64,000 nucleotides of DNA, taken from contig OZ253584.1 in assembly GCA_965263165.1 (NCBI GenBank), positions 1,209,736 to 1,273,735 of the forward strand. Direction: 5' to 3'. The translations under genes were made by a program, and so were the position numbers. Under the pieces are notes generated by a model. The model had not been told where the DNA came from. It saw only the letters and a program-made list of their open reading frames with translations, and did no database searches. This DNA is from Dehalococcoidia bacterium. Its GTDB lineage: Bacteria > Chloroflexota > Dehalococcoidia > Lucifugimonadales > SAR202-VII-2. Of this stretch, positions 44,688 to 57,825 are shown in pieces (position 1 is the stretch's first letter; each line of letters starts with the position of its first letter).

Positions 44688-44847
44688 ACCCTGGCTAATT
44701 GTGAAGTTTGTGGCAATCGGCAATGCTCGTTGTTCCGCTTCGTCGGCGTCGCCCCCATAGCTGCGGCTGATCCCTGGAGGCGTTGTCCCATAGCGGAAAC
44801 GGCGTCGGCGGGGATCCTGGTTGAAACGCTGATACGGGAACGCTCAC

Positions 44848-46188
44848 ATGGTAGAACAAGACCGGCAAGAAGCCAAAGAGTACGTGCTTCGATTGGCCAA
44901 AGAGGCGGACGTCAAGTTCATCCGGCTGTGGTTCACGGACATCCTTGGCTCGCTGAAGGGCTTCGCCATCACGGTGGGCGAGCTTGCCAGCGCCTTGGAA
45001 GAGGGCAAAGGCTTCGACGGTTCGTCCATCGAGGGATTCGCCCGGATCAATGAGAGCGACATGGTGGCGATGCCGGACCCCACCACCTTTCGCGTCCTGC
45101 CCTGGCGGCCCCGCCAGAACGCCGTCGCCCGCATGTTTTGCGATGTCCTCCTTCCCGACGGAAGGCCCTTTGAGGGCGATCCGAGGTATGTGCTGCGGCG
45201 CAATCTGGAGCGGGCTTCGCAGATGGGCTACGCTTTCAACGTCGGTCCGGAGCTGGAGTTCTTCTACTTCAAGTCCGACGAGCAGCCCGAGCCGCTGGAC
45301 CCGGGCGGCTACTTTGACGTTACGCCGCTGGACATCGCCACAGACCTTCGCCGGGAGACTGTTCTGACGCTGGAGGACTTGGGTATTCCCGTGGAGTACT
45401 CACACCACGAGGTCGCCCCCTCCCAACATGAGGTCGACCTGCGCTACAGCGATGCGTTGTCTATGGCCGACACCGTGATGACCTACCGCTTAGTCGTCAA
45501 GGAGATAGCCCGGAAGCACGGCTACTACGCCTCCTTCATGCCCAAGCCCCTGGCCGGCGCCAACGGCAGCGGCATGCATGTGAATCAGTCGCTGTTTCAG
45601 GGGGACCGGAACGCCTTCTATGACGGGGACGATCCGATGAAGCTCTCCAAGGTGGCACGGCAGTACATCGCAGGGCTGCTGCGGCGCGCCCCCGAAATCA
45701 CGATCGTGACCAATCAATGGGTGAATAGCTACAAGCGGCTGGTGCCTGGATATGAGGCGCCGGTGTACCTGTCCTGGGCTTACATCAACCGGTCGGACCT
45801 GATTCGCGTGCCCGCCTACCGGCCCGGTCGGGAGGACTCCACGCGGATCGAGTACCGTGCGCCCGACCCTGCGTGCAACCCGTACTTTGCCTTCTCAGTG
45901 ATGCTGGCGGCGGGCCTCGAAGGAGTCGAGAATGGCTATGATCCGCCGCCCCCCGTTGAGGCCAACGTCTACGAGATGACCGACGACGAGCGGGTGGCCG
46001 CGGGAATCGCCACGCTTCCCGCCAGCCTTTCCGAGGCTATTGAGCTCGCTGAAGACAGCAGCCTGCTCCGAAGCGCTCTGGGAGACCACGTGTTCCAGAG
46101 CTACATCCACAACAAGAAGGTGGAGTGGGACAAGTACCGCACCGCCGTTACCGACTACGAGATCAAACGATACCTGCCGATACTGTGA
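44848..46188 (+). CDS. glnA: glutamine synthetase, type I
   Basis: 446 aa with FIRLWFTDILG, DGSSIEGF, HHEVAPSQHE and NGSGMHVNQSL. Confidence 0.95.
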   Translation: MVEQDRQEAKEYVLRLAKEADVKFIRLWFTDILGSLKGFAITVGELASALEEGKGFDGSSIEGFARINESDMVAMPDPTTFRVLPWRPRQNAVARMFCDVLLPDGRPFEGDPRYVLRRNLERASQMGYAFNVGPELEFFYFKSDEQPEPLDPGGYFDVTPLDIATDLRRETVLTLEDLGIPVEYSHHEVAPSQHEVDLRYSDALSMADTVMTYRLVVKEIARKHGYYASFMPKPLAGANGSGMHVNQSLFQGDRNAFYDGDDPMKLSKVARQYIAGLLRRAPEITIVTNQWVNSYKRLVPGYEAPVYLSWAYINRSDLIRVPAYRPGREDSTRIEYRAPDPACNPYFAFSVMLAAGLEGVENGYDPPPPVEANVYEMTDDERVAAGIATLPASLSEAIELAEDSSLLRSALGDHVFQSYIHNKKVEWDKYRTAVTDYEIKRYLPIL

Positions 46189-46215
46189 CGGAGGGTTGGT
46201 TCGGAGCCAGGGAAG

Positions 46216-49200
46216 ATGACAAGGGACGGACATAGACGCTATCCCGGGTTGTACCGCCCGGAATATGAGCACGACGCTTGTGGTGTCGGCTTTGTGGCCG
46301 ACATCCAGGGCCGGCGTTCGCACGCGGTTCTTGACCACGCGCTGACTGCTGTCGTCAACATGGCCCATCGAGGGGCAGCGTCGGCGGATGGCAAGACCGG
46401 CGACGGCGCAGGTGTTCTGACGCAGATACCCCGCAAGTTCTTTGTGCGGGAGTTGGCATCCCTGGGGCTGGAGGCGCCCGCCGAGGACGATCTGGCCGTG
46501 GGGATGATTTTCCTACCCCGCGAGCCACAGGACGTTCTTCAGGCCTGCATCCAGATCATTGAGGAGGCCATTGCGGGCGAGGGCATGACCCTCCTCGGCT
46601 GGCGGCAGGCGCCAACCGACCCTTCCGTGCTTGGGGAGCGGGCGCTGGCCGCCATGCCGGACATACGGCAGGTGCTCATCGCCCGGCCGGAGCGCGTTTC
46701 AGCCGAAGAGTTTCCCCGCGCCCTGTACCTGGCCCGGAAGCGCATTGAGCGCTGGGTGTCGGAGCGCGATCTCGACCAAGCGTTCTACATTCCGTCCTTT
46801 TCCAACCGGACGCTTGCCTACAAGGGCCTGCTCGCCTCCACGAGGCTGCGAGATTTCTACACGGACCTCCAGGACGCGGACTACGAGACGGCGTTGGCCG
46901 TGCTGCACCAGCGCTATTCAACCAACACTGTTCCCAACTGGGTGCTGGCTCAGCCCTTCCGCTTCCTGGCTCACAACGGTGAAATCAACACGTTCCAAGG
47001 CAACGCGAACTGGCTCCGCGCCAGGGAGCCTGAGCTGGCTTCCCAGGTGTGGGGCGACAGGGTCGGGGAGATCCCTCCCATCATCCAGCGCGGTGCCTCC
47101 GATTCCTGCGCTCTGGACAACGCCCTCGAGGCCATGGTGCTTTCCGGGCGGGACGCCATTCACGCGATGATGATGCTCGTGCCGGAGCCATGGGAGAACA
47201 TGCCGAACATGGACCCTGCCCTGCGGGCGTTCTACCAGTACAACGCCTGCGTGACGGAGCCCTGGGACGGCCCGGCGGCGCTGGCGTTCTCCGATGGCGT
47301 CGTCGTTGCGGCGACCCTCGACAGGAACGGCTTGCGCCCAGCGCGCTACGCCGTAACCGACGACGACCTTGTCATCATGGCGTCGGAAGTTGGCGTGGTG
47401 GAATTCGACGAGGCTCGGATCGTCAAGAAGGGGCGGCTTGGGCCCGGCCAGATGATCGCCGTCGACACCGCCAACCACCGCCTCTACCACAATGACGAGA
47501 TCAAAGAGGAATGGGCGTCCCGCCAGCCCTACAGACAATGGGTGCAGGAGAGCCTCACGCCTCTGAACGCTCTTGTTGAGCAGGTCAACGGGCACAGCCC
47601 CTCCACGGAGCGGGCCACGACGGAGTTGCAGCGGGTGTTCGGGTACACGTCGGAAGAGGTCCACCTGGTCCTGATGCCCATGATCGCCGAGGCCAAGGAG
47701 CCTGTCGGGTCGATGGGCGACGACACGCCATTGGCGGTGCTGTCCGCGAAGCCGCGGCTGTTGTACTCCTACTTCAAGCAGAAGTTCGCCCAGGTAACGA
47801 ACCCGGCCATCGACCCGTACAGGGAAGAGTTGGTCATGTCCCTGTACACCTACCTGGGTCACCGGCGGAGCCTCTTTGAAGACGACCCGGGGCACGCCCG
47901 GCTGCTTTTCTTGGAGGACCCCGTTCTGGACGATCTCCAGTTGAGCACGCTCCGGCAACTCGACTCCGGGGCATTTCAGAGCCGCACCCTCGATGCCACC
48001 TTCCCTGTTGCGGAAGGAGCGGCAGGCCTCGAAAAGGCGTTGGGCCGCCTGTGTCAGGAGGCCAGCGAGGCGCTGAAGTCCGGCGCATCCATCCTCATCC
48101 TCAGCGACCGCGCCGTGGATGCGGGCCGCGCGCCCGTTCCGATGATGCTGGCCGTGGGGGGCGTGCACCACCATCTGATCCGGCAGGGACAGCGGATGAT
48201 GGCTTCGCTAGTGGCGGAGACCGGCGAGGCACGGGACATGCACCAGATATGCTGCCTCCTAGGCTACGGCGCCGGCGCCGTGAACCCATACCTGGCGCTG
48301 TCCACCATCCACAGTCTCCTCCAGGACGGGCATCTGCCTGAGGAGCTGGACGTGGACTCGGCGTTGAGAAACTACCGCAAGATACTCAACAAACAGATAC
48401 TCAAAATCATGTCCAAGATGGGCATATCGGCCGTTTCCGCCTACCATGGCGCCCAAATCTTCGAATGCGTCGGGCTGGGTGAAGAGGTGGTGGACCGGTG
48501 TTTCGCCAACACGCCGTCGCAGATATCCGGGGTGGGCTTCCGGGAGATAGCGGGAGAGACGTTGGCCCGGCACGCCTCTGCGTTCGGTGAGGCCACAAAA
48601 GACAAGCTGGACGACCACGGCTACTATCGCTTTCGCAAGGATGGAGAGACCCACGCCTTTACGCCGCAGCTCGTGCGGATGGTCCACACAGCCGTCAAGA
48701 GCGGCGCCTACGACGACTATCAGACGTATCTGGACTCGACGGGGAGGCAAGGGCCGGTCTACGTGCGAGACCTCATGGAGTTCAAGAAAGGCTCTCCCGT
48801 TGATGTTGAGGAGGTTGAGCCCGCCGAGGACATCGTCAGGCGTTTCTTCACCGGATCCATGTCCCTTGGCGCGCTATCGCCCGAGGCTCACGAGGTCCTG
48901 GCGATGGGTATGAACGCCCTCGGCGCCCGCTCCGAGACGGGCGAGGGTGGAGAAGACCCCCTCAGGTTCCACGGCCAGCGCAACGGTTACACGATGAACT
49001 CGTTCAGCAAGCAGGTCGCTTCCGGGCGCTTTGGGGTGACCCCGGAGTACCTGGCCATGGCCGGCGAGCTGCAGATCAAGATGGCCCAGGGCTCCAAGCC
49101 CGGTGAGGGCGGACAGCTTCCGGCTCACAAGGTGGTGGCGCACATCGCCCGGATTAGGCAAACGCAGCCCGGTGTTCCCCTGATCTCGCCGCCGCCGCAC

Positions 49201-50775
49201 CATGACATTTACTCCATTGAGGACTTGGCCCAACTGATCTACGACCTCAAGATGGTCAACCCCAGGGCGCGGGTCAACGTGAAGCTGGTGGCTGAGGCTG
49301 GCGTGGGCACCATCGCCGCAGGCGTGGCAAAGGGCTATGCTGACACCATCCTCATCTCCGGTATGGAGGGCGGCACGGGGGCGTCTCCGCTGATGTCCAT
49401 CAAGAACGCCGGCTCCGCCTGGGAGCTTGGCCTGGCGGAGACGCAGCAGATTCTCGTAATGAACGACCTGCGCGGCAGGGTCCGGCTGGCAACCGACGGC
49501 GGCCTGCGCACCGGGCGTGACATCGTCTTGGCGGCCATGCTTGGCGCGGAGGAGTACGGGTTCGGCACCCAGGCCCTTGTGGCCATCGGCTGCACCATGG
49601 CCCGCCAATGCCATCTGAACACCTGCCCCGTGGGAGTGGCCACCCAGCGGGAGGACCTGCGCGAGAAGTTCTGGGGTGAGCCGGAGCACGTTGTCCGCTT
49701 CATGATGTTCGTAGCGGAGGAGGTGCGCCACATCCTGGCGTCCCTGGGTTATCGGAAGCTGGAAGAGGTCATTGGACTTCCTGACCTCTTGGAGTACGCC
49801 CCCGCCACCGAACACCCCAAGGCGCGCACGTTGGACTACGCCAAGCTCTTGGACAGTGCCGATCCCAGTGGGTTGCGCCCCCGGATGTCGCAGCAGTCCC
49901 GCAACGACCGGCCGGAGCCGGAGCCTCTGGACAACCAGATCATCCGCGACGCTGCCCCCGCTCTGGAGGGCAGGCATTCGGTGGATCTTTCCTACGCCAT
50001 CAGGAACGTGAACCGCACGGTCGGGGGCAGATTGGGTGGAGAGGTGGCGCACCGCTACGGCGACGCAGGCCTGCCCGATGGGATCACCATCACCTGCCGC
50101 TTCAAGGGGTCTGCCGGACAATCCTTCGGGGCGTGGGGCGTGAACGGTCTTGTGCTCATCCTAGAGGGCGAAGCGAACGACTACGTTGCCAAGGGAACGC
50201 ACGGCGGGACCATCGCGCTGCGGCCCTCTGAGGATGCCGTCTTCGCCAGCCACGAAAACGTTATCATGGGCAACACGGTCCTCTACGGCGCCACCGGCGG
50301 CTATCTGTTCGCTGCCGGGCGGGCGGGGGAGCGGTTCGCCATCCGGAACTCCGGCGCATGGGCGGTCATAGAAGGAGCCGGAGCCCACTGCTGCGAATAC
50401 ATGACTGGCGGCTGCGTGGTCGTGCTTGGCGACGTGGGAAGGAACTTTGGCGCCGGCATGTCTGGCGGCATGGCCTTCGTTCTGGATGAGGACAACGTCC
50501 TAGAGCGCCGCTACAATCCGGAGATGGTGGGGGTTGCGCTGGTTGAAGCCGAGGACGACGTGGAAACGCTGAGGATGATCATTGAACAGCACGCCGGGTG
50601 GACCGGCAGCGCACGGGCGAAGCAAATTATGGAGCATTGGAGCGGCTACCTGCCGCTGTTCAAGAAGGTGAGCCCACACCCGACGGTGGCGCCACCCCAG
50701 CCGCGAGACGTGCAAAAGGCGCGCCGGGACGCGATGCTGGCCGATGCGCGGTCATTGCAGGGTGGTCCCCGGTAG
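46216..50775 (+). CDS. gltB: glutamate synthase large subunit
   Basis: 1,519 aa. N-terminal CGVGFVA amidotransferase Cys, FMN/Fe-S central domain, C-terminal GXGXG beta-helix. No gltD adjacent. Confidence 0.95.
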   Translation: MTRDGHRRYPGLYRPEYEHDACGVGFVADIQGRRSHAVLDHALTAVVNMAHRGAASADGKTGDGAGVLTQIPRKFFVRELASLGLEAPAEDDLAVGMIFLPREPQDVLQACIQIIEEAIAGEGMTLLGWRQAPTDPSVLGERALAAMPDIRQVLIARPERVSAEEFPRALYLARKRIERWVSERDLDQAFYIPSFSNRTLAYKGLLASTRLRDFYTDLQDADYETALAVLHQRYSTNTVPNWVLAQPFRFLAHNGEINTFQGNANWLRAREPELASQVWGDRVGEIPPIIQRGASDSCALDNALEAMVLSGRDAIHAMMMLVPEPWENMPNMDPALRAFYQYNACVTEPWDGPAALAFSDGVVVAATLDRNGLRPARYAVTDDDLVIMASEVGVVEFDEARIVKKGRLGPGQMIAVDTANHRLYHNDEIKEEWASRQPYRQWVQESLTPLNALVEQVNGHSPSTERATTELQRVFGYTSEEVHLVLMPMIAEAKEPVGSMGDDTPLAVLSAKPRLLYSYFKQKFAQVTNPAIDPYREELVMSLYTYLGHRRSLFEDDPGHARLLFLEDPVLDDLQLSTLRQLDSGAFQSRTLDATFPVAEGAAGLEKALGRLCQEASEALKSGASILILSDRAVDAGRAPVPMMLAVGGVHHHLIRQGQRMMASLVAETGEARDMHQICCLLGYGAGAVNPYLALSTIHSLLQDGHLPEELDVDSALRNYRKILNKQILKIMSKMGISAVSAYHGAQIFECVGLGEEVVDRCFANTPSQISGVGFREIAGETLARHASAFGEATKDKLDDHGYYRFRKDGETHAFTPQLVRMVHTAVKSGAYDDYQTYLDSTGRQGPVYVRDLMEFKKGSPVDVEEVEPAEDIVRRFFTGSMSLGALSPEAHEVLAMGMNALGARSETGEGGEDPLRFHGQRNGYTMNSFSKQVASGRFGVTPEYLAMAGELQIKMAQGSKPGEGGQLPAHKVVAHIARIRQTQPGVPLISPPPHHDIYSIEDLAQLIYDLKMVNPRARVNVKLVAEAGVGTIAAGVAKGYADTILISGMEGGTGASPLMSIKNAGSAWELGLAETQQILVMNDLRGRVRLATDGGLRTGRDIVLAAMLGAEEYGFGTQALVAIGCTMARQCHLNTCPVGVATQREDLREKFWGEPEHVVRFMMFVAEEVRHILASLGYRKLEEVIGLPDLLEYAPATEHPKARTLDYAKLLDSADPSGLRPRMSQQSRNDRPEPEPLDNQIIRDAAPALEGRHSVDLSYAIRNVNRTVGGRLGGEVAHRYGDAGLPDGITITCRFKGSAGQSFGAWGVNGLVLILEGEANDYVAKGTHGGTIALRPSEDAVFASHENVIMGNTVLYGATGGYLFAAGRAGERFAIRNSGAWAVIEGAGAHCCEYMTGGCVVVLGDVGRNFGAGMSGGMAFVLDEDNVLERRYNPEMVGVALVEAEDDVETLRMIIEQHAGWTGSARAKQIMEHWSGYLPLFKKVSPHPTVAPPQPRDVQKARRDAMLADARSLQGGPR

Positions 50776-50856
50776 CCGCCGTAAGACTCGGTTTGCGCAG
50801 AAAGCAACCGGCGCCATTGGCATCGGCCTCGCGTCCGCCGGTCTAGCGCCGGGGGA

Positions 50857-52278
50857 TCACAACCCGGCCAGATCCCTGATGGCCTCCAGGATGGCCTCGG
50901 CGGCGGCGACGCTTTCGGCCTCGGCGTAGACTCGGATGAGGGGCTCGGTGCCGGAGAATCTGACCACGCCCCACTCGCCGCCCTCCAACAGAAAGCGAAT
51001 GCCGTCAACCGCATCGGCGCCGGTGACCCTGCGGCCGGCCAGCGAGTCAGGCTGGCTCTGCTCGACCCGCGCTTTGATCTCCTCGCCGCGCGACGCGTCG
51101 AACTCCAGGTCCCAGCGGCGGTAGTGGTGTGGGCCAACCTTGTCGTAGAGATAGTCGAGCAGCTCCGACGGCGAACGGCCCAGCCGGGCCATCATGTCCA
51201 GGAAGTAGAGGCCGCTCAGGACGCCGTCCCGCTCCGGCAGATGCCCGCGAAAGCCAAAGCCGCCGCTTTCCTCGCCGCCGGCCAAGGCGTTCTCGCGGCG
51301 CATGACTGCGCCCACGTATTTGAAGCCGACGGCCGTCTCGAAGACCGGGACGTCCAACTGCTCTCCCAAGCGCCAGACCATACTGCTCATCGTCAGAGAT
51401 TTGACCAGCGCCCCCCGCTGGCCGCGCGTTTCCAGCAGGTAGAGCGCCAGCAGGGAGAAGACCTGCAGGGGCGACATGAACCGCCCATGCTCGTCGATGA
51501 TGCCGAGCCGGTCGGCGTCGCCGTCCAGGGCGACGCCGACGTGAGCCTTCTCGGCGATGACGGTTTGGGCGAGCCTCTGAAGGTTGTGGGCGATCGGCTC
51601 CGGCTGAGCGATACCCGGAAAGGCGGGGTTTCGCTCGCCGTGGATCTCCAAGACGGTGGTGTCGCCGCCTGCGAGGAGCGAGGGTAGGTAGCCGGCGCCG
51701 GCGCCGAACATGGCGTCGACGACGATTTTCAGACCAGAGCCCTTGATCCCGCCGAGGTCCAGCAGGCTGCCCACCTGTTCCAAGTAGGGCTCGGCCAAGT
51801 CAACGACTTCCACTACGCCGCGCTGGCGGGCTTCGTTCAACGCCATCCGCCGGACGCCGTTGGTGGCCAAGGCATGGTCGATGCGGCCTTCCAGTGCTTC
51901 AACGACGTCGGGGGTGGCGCTACCGCCGTAGTCCGGCTTGTATTTGAGGCCGTTCCACTGCGGCGGGTTGTGGCTTGCGGTGATGACGATGCCGCCGCCA
52001 GCCTTCCGATGAATGACGCTCCAGCTCGCGGTTGGAGTTGGGGAGGCGGCATTGCCCAGGTAGGTCTTGAGGCCGTTGGCGGCCAGGACCTCGGCGGCCG
52101 CTGCTGCGAAGTCCTCTGAAGCGAAGCGGGTGTCGTAGCCGACGACCACGCCCCGTTCGGCGAGGCCCTGTTCCTTGAGGTAGTCGGCGATTCCCTGAGC
52201 ACAGGCGCGGACGTTATCGAAGGTGTAGTCCTCCGCAATGATGGCTCGCCAGCCGTCGGTCCCGAAACGGATGGGCAT
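50857..52278 (-). CDS. phosphoglucomutase/phosphomannomutase-family phosphohexomutase
   Basis: FGTDGWRA and TASHNPPQWNGLK (active-site Ser loop), plus DGDADR. Confidence 0.9.
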   Translation of the reverse strand: MPIRFGTDGWRAIIAEDYTFDNVRACAQGIADYLKEQGLAERGVVVGYDTRFASEDFAAAAAEVLAANGLKTYLGNAASPTPTASWSVIHRKAGGGIVITASHNPPQWNGLKYKPDYGGSATPDVVEALEGRIDHALATNGVRRMALNEARQRGVVEVVDLAEPYLEQVGSLLDLGGIKGSGLKIVVDAMFGAGAGYLPSLLAGGDTTVLEIHGERNPAFPGIAQPEPIAHNLQRLAQTVIAEKAHVGVALDGDADRLGIIDEHGRFMSPLQVFSLLALYLLETRGQRGALVKSLTMSSMVWRLGEQLDVPVFETAVGFKYVGAVMRRENALAGGEESGGFGFRGHLPERDGVLSGLYFLDMMARLGRSPSELLDYLYDKVGPHHYRRWDLEFDASRGEEIKARVEQSQPDSLAGRRVTGADAVDGIRFLLEGGEWGVVRFSGTEPLIRVYAEAESVAAAEAILEAIRDLAGL

Positions 52279-52353
52279 GAGGGGCTCCCCTGTTCTCGGC
52301 GTTCCGCCTGTTATCCTAGCTGGCTTGGAATGGGCCTCAACGAGGCGGGGGTG

Positions 52354-53568
52354 CTACAGACCCGCATCTGCCCTGAGGGCTGCGGCCTTGTTGGTCTTCT
52401 CCCAGGGCAGGTCCAGGTCGTCGCGGCCGAAGTGGCCGTAGGAGGCCGTCTGCTTGAAGATGGGGCGCCGTAGGTTGAGGTCGCGGATGATGGCGCCGGG
52501 CCGAAGGTCGAAGTGCTTGCCCACAAGCTCGGAGATGGTCTCGTTCGGGATCCTGCCCGTGTCGTAGGTTTCCACCGAAACGGAGATGGGCGTCGCCACG
52601 CCGATGGCGTAGGAGACCTGGACTTCGCAGCGGTCCGCCAAGCCGGCGGCAACGACGTTCTTGGCCACATGGCGGGCCGCGTAGGCTGCCGACCGGTCGA
52701 CCTTGGTGGGGTCCTTGCCGGAGAAGGCGCCTCCACCGTGCCGGGATGCCGTGCCGTAGGTGTCGACGAGAATCTTCCGGCCCGTGAGCCCAGCATCTCC
52801 CATGGGCCCGCCCACGACGAACCGTCCCGTGGGGTTGACCATGTACTTGGAGACTTCGTCGAGGAGGTCGCTGGGAATGACGGCTTGAATCACGTGTTCG
52901 ATGACGTCGCGTCGGATGACATCCTGGGTAACGTCGGGATCGTGTTGGGTGCTCACGACGACGGTGTCGATGCGCTTGGGTTTGCCGTGGCTGTACTCCA
53001 CGGTCACCTGGGATTTTCCGTCGGGCCGAAGGTAGGGGATCAGGCCCTCCTTACGCACGAGGGCGAGCCGCCTGGTCAGGCGGTGGGCGAGGGCGATGGG
53101 AAGGGGCATGAGCTCAGGGGTCTCGTTGCAGGCGAAACCAACCATCATTCCCTGGTCTCCGGCGCCGACCATCTCCGCCATGTCCTCGCCGGCGATCCTG
53201 CCTTCTTTGGCCTCTCTGGACGCGTCCACACCCAGGGCTATGTCCTCCGACTGCTGCCCCAGAGCGATGGTTACGCCGCAGGTGGAGGCATCGAAGCCGA
53301 AGTCTGCGTTGACGTAGCCAATGCCGCGGATGGTGTCGCGGACGATCTGCGGATACTGGACGTGGGCTTTGCTGGTGATCTCCCCCAGGACGACCACAAG
53401 CCCGGTGGTCACCGCGGTCTCACAGGCCACCCGGGACTCCGGGTCCTGGCTCAGAAGCGCGTCTAAGATAGCGTCCGAAACCTGGTCGCACAGCTTATCC
53501 GGGTGCCCCTCTGTCACGGACTCTGATGTAAGGAGATAGGAAGGCGAGTCTGCAAAAGCAAGGCCCAT
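52354..53568 (-). CDS. metK: S-adenosylmethionine synthase
   Basis: [27 protein letters not shown] and [16 protein letters not shown]. Confidence 0.95.
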   Translation of the reverse strand: MGLAFADSPSYLLTSESVTEGHPDKLCDQVSDAILDALLSQDPESRVACETAVTTGLVVVLGEITSKAHVQYPQIVRDTIRGIGYVNADFGFDASTCGVTIALGQQSEDIALGVDASREAKEGRIAGEDMAEMVGAGDQGMMVGFACNETPELMPLPIALAHRLTRRLALVRKEGLIPYLRPDGKSQVTVEYSHGKPKRIDTVVVSTQHDPDVTQDVIRRDVIEHVIQAVIPSDLLDEVSKYMVNPTGRFVVGGPMGDAGLTGRKILVDTYGTASRHGGGAFSGKDPTKVDRSAAYAARHVAKNVVAAGLADRCEVQVSYAIGVATPISVSVETYDTGRIPNETISELVGKHFDLRPGAIIRDLNLRRPIFKQTASYGHFGRDDLDLPWEKTNKAAALRADAGL

Positions 53569-53605
53569 GTTGGAAACCTCCGTTGTGAGTGGAGCGCCTA
53601 GGCGC

Positions 53606-56528
<2,923 letters not shown>

Positions 56529-56531
56529 GGG

Positions 56532-56891
56532 CTACTCCGAGGGGTAGCCCTTGGCCAGCCAGGGCGGCGTGCCGTCTTCGATGTTGAAGAGCCGGTCGGC
56601 GGGCGCTCCCATGGCCGAGGCCATTTCCGCCGCAAGGCCGCTGCGAACTCCGGCGGCGCATATGAACAACAGGTCCTTGTCCTGCGGGAGCTCATCGAAG
56701 CGGCTCAGCAGGTCGTCAACAGGGACGTGCAGAGCGCCGGCCACGTGGCCGGCATCCCATTCGTCCTGACGGCGCACGTCAACGACAACCACCTCGCCGC
56801 CGTGCTCTTCCAGGATGGCCTTGGCGTCGTCGGTGTTGATGCGGCGGTAGGGCTCTCCAGCCTCCTGCCGTCCCCAGGGCTTGGCAACCAT
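56532..56891 (-). CDS. single-domain rhodanese sulfurtransferase
   Basis: 119 aa from ATG 56891 with VDVRRQDEWDAGHVAGALH and active-site loop CAAGVRS. Confidence 0.8.
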   Translation of the reverse strand: MVAKPWGRQEAGEPYRRINTDDAKAILEEHGGEVVVVDVRRQDEWDAGHVAGALHVPVDDLLSRFDELPQDKDLLFICAAGVRSGLAAEMASAMGAPADRLFNIEDGTPPWLAKGYPSE

Positions 56892-56949
56892 AGCTCGTTC
56901 TCCTTTCTGTGTTCTCCGGGCCAGCGCCTCGGCGGCCCGTCTGGTTTTT

Positions 56950-57825
56950 CTAGCTGTGCTCGATGGGCGCGTACTTTCCAATGATAGGGGCCAGGTCCTT
57001 CTTGACCGAGGCCGGAATGGCTGAAGAGTCGGTGATGATGGCGCTATCGAGGGCGGTGGCGCACGGACACTGCCGAGGGGCCGCCAGCTTGGGTGCAAGA
57101 GCCGCCAGGACCTGCTTTGCCCGGCCAACATTGCGCATGAGGTTTTGGATTACCAGCGATACGGAGACCTCAGGCTCTGATTCGCGCCACACATCGTAGT
57201 CCGTGACGCAAGCCAGGGTACTGTAACAAAGTTCCGCTTCCCTGGCTAGCTTGGCTTCGGGGAGGGCCGTCATACCGATGATGCTGGCTCCCCAGGATCG
57301 GTACAGCGCCGACTCCGCTTTGGTGGAGAACGCGGGGCCTTCCATCACGACGTAGGTGCCGGACCGGTGGACGGAGGCGTCGGCCTCCTCCGCTGTGCCC
57401 GCCAGGAGGGCGCCAAGGTCGGGGCAGAACGGGGCTGCGAATCCCACGTGGGCCACGATTCCGTTGCCGAAGAATGTGCTGGGCCTCCCCCGCGTCCTGT
57501 CTATGAGCTGGTCGGGGATGACCATCTCTAGCGGGTGTATGTGCTCCTGCAGGCTTCCCACGGCGCTCACGCTGATGATCCGCTCCACGCCCAGCGTCTT
57601 CAACGCGTAGATGTTGGCTCTGGAAGGAACCTCCGTGGGCATGATGTGATGGCCCCTACCATGCCGGGGCAGGAAGGCGACCCGCAGCCCTGCGAGCGTT
57701 CCCAGGGTGATGGGGCCGCTGGGATTGCCGAATGGCGTGGGCGCGTCCACTTGCTGGACGTCCTCCAAGGCGTCCATTTCGTAGAGGCCGCTGCCCCCAA
57801 TGACGGCCACCTGAGCGTCAGCCAC
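56950..57825 (-). CDS. mtnP: S-methyl-5'-thioadenosine phosphorylase
   Basis: VAVIGGSGLY...FLPRHGRGH...SVSAVGSL. Its start overlaps the mtnA stop. Confidence 0.9.
   Translation of the reverse strand: MADAQVAVIGGSGLYEMDALEDVQQVDAPTPFGNPSGPITLGTLAGLRVAFLPRHGRGHHIMPTEVPSRANIYALKTLGVERIISVSAVGSLQEHIHPLEMVIPDQLIDRTRGRPSTFFGNGIVAHVGFAAPFCPDLGALLAGTAEEADASVHRSGTYVVMEGPAFSTKAESALYRSWGASIIGMTALPEAKLAREAELCYSTLACVTDYDVWRESEPEVSVSLVIQNLMRNVGRAKQVLAALAPKLAAPRQCPCATALDSAIITDSSAIPASVKKDLAPIIGKYAPIEHS

Noticed and set aside
44694-44847. Glutamine (glnA-motif) riboswitch upstream of glnA
   Set aside because: Only a loose resemblance (CGTTGTCCC...GCGGAAACGG versus the CGUUCACCC...GGACGGAAG pattern as I recall it). 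It is kept only as an unexplained leader.
46918-50121. Two ~415-aa minus-strand ORFs inside gltB
   Set aside because: They are antisense to glutamate synthase, a GC-rich frame artefact.
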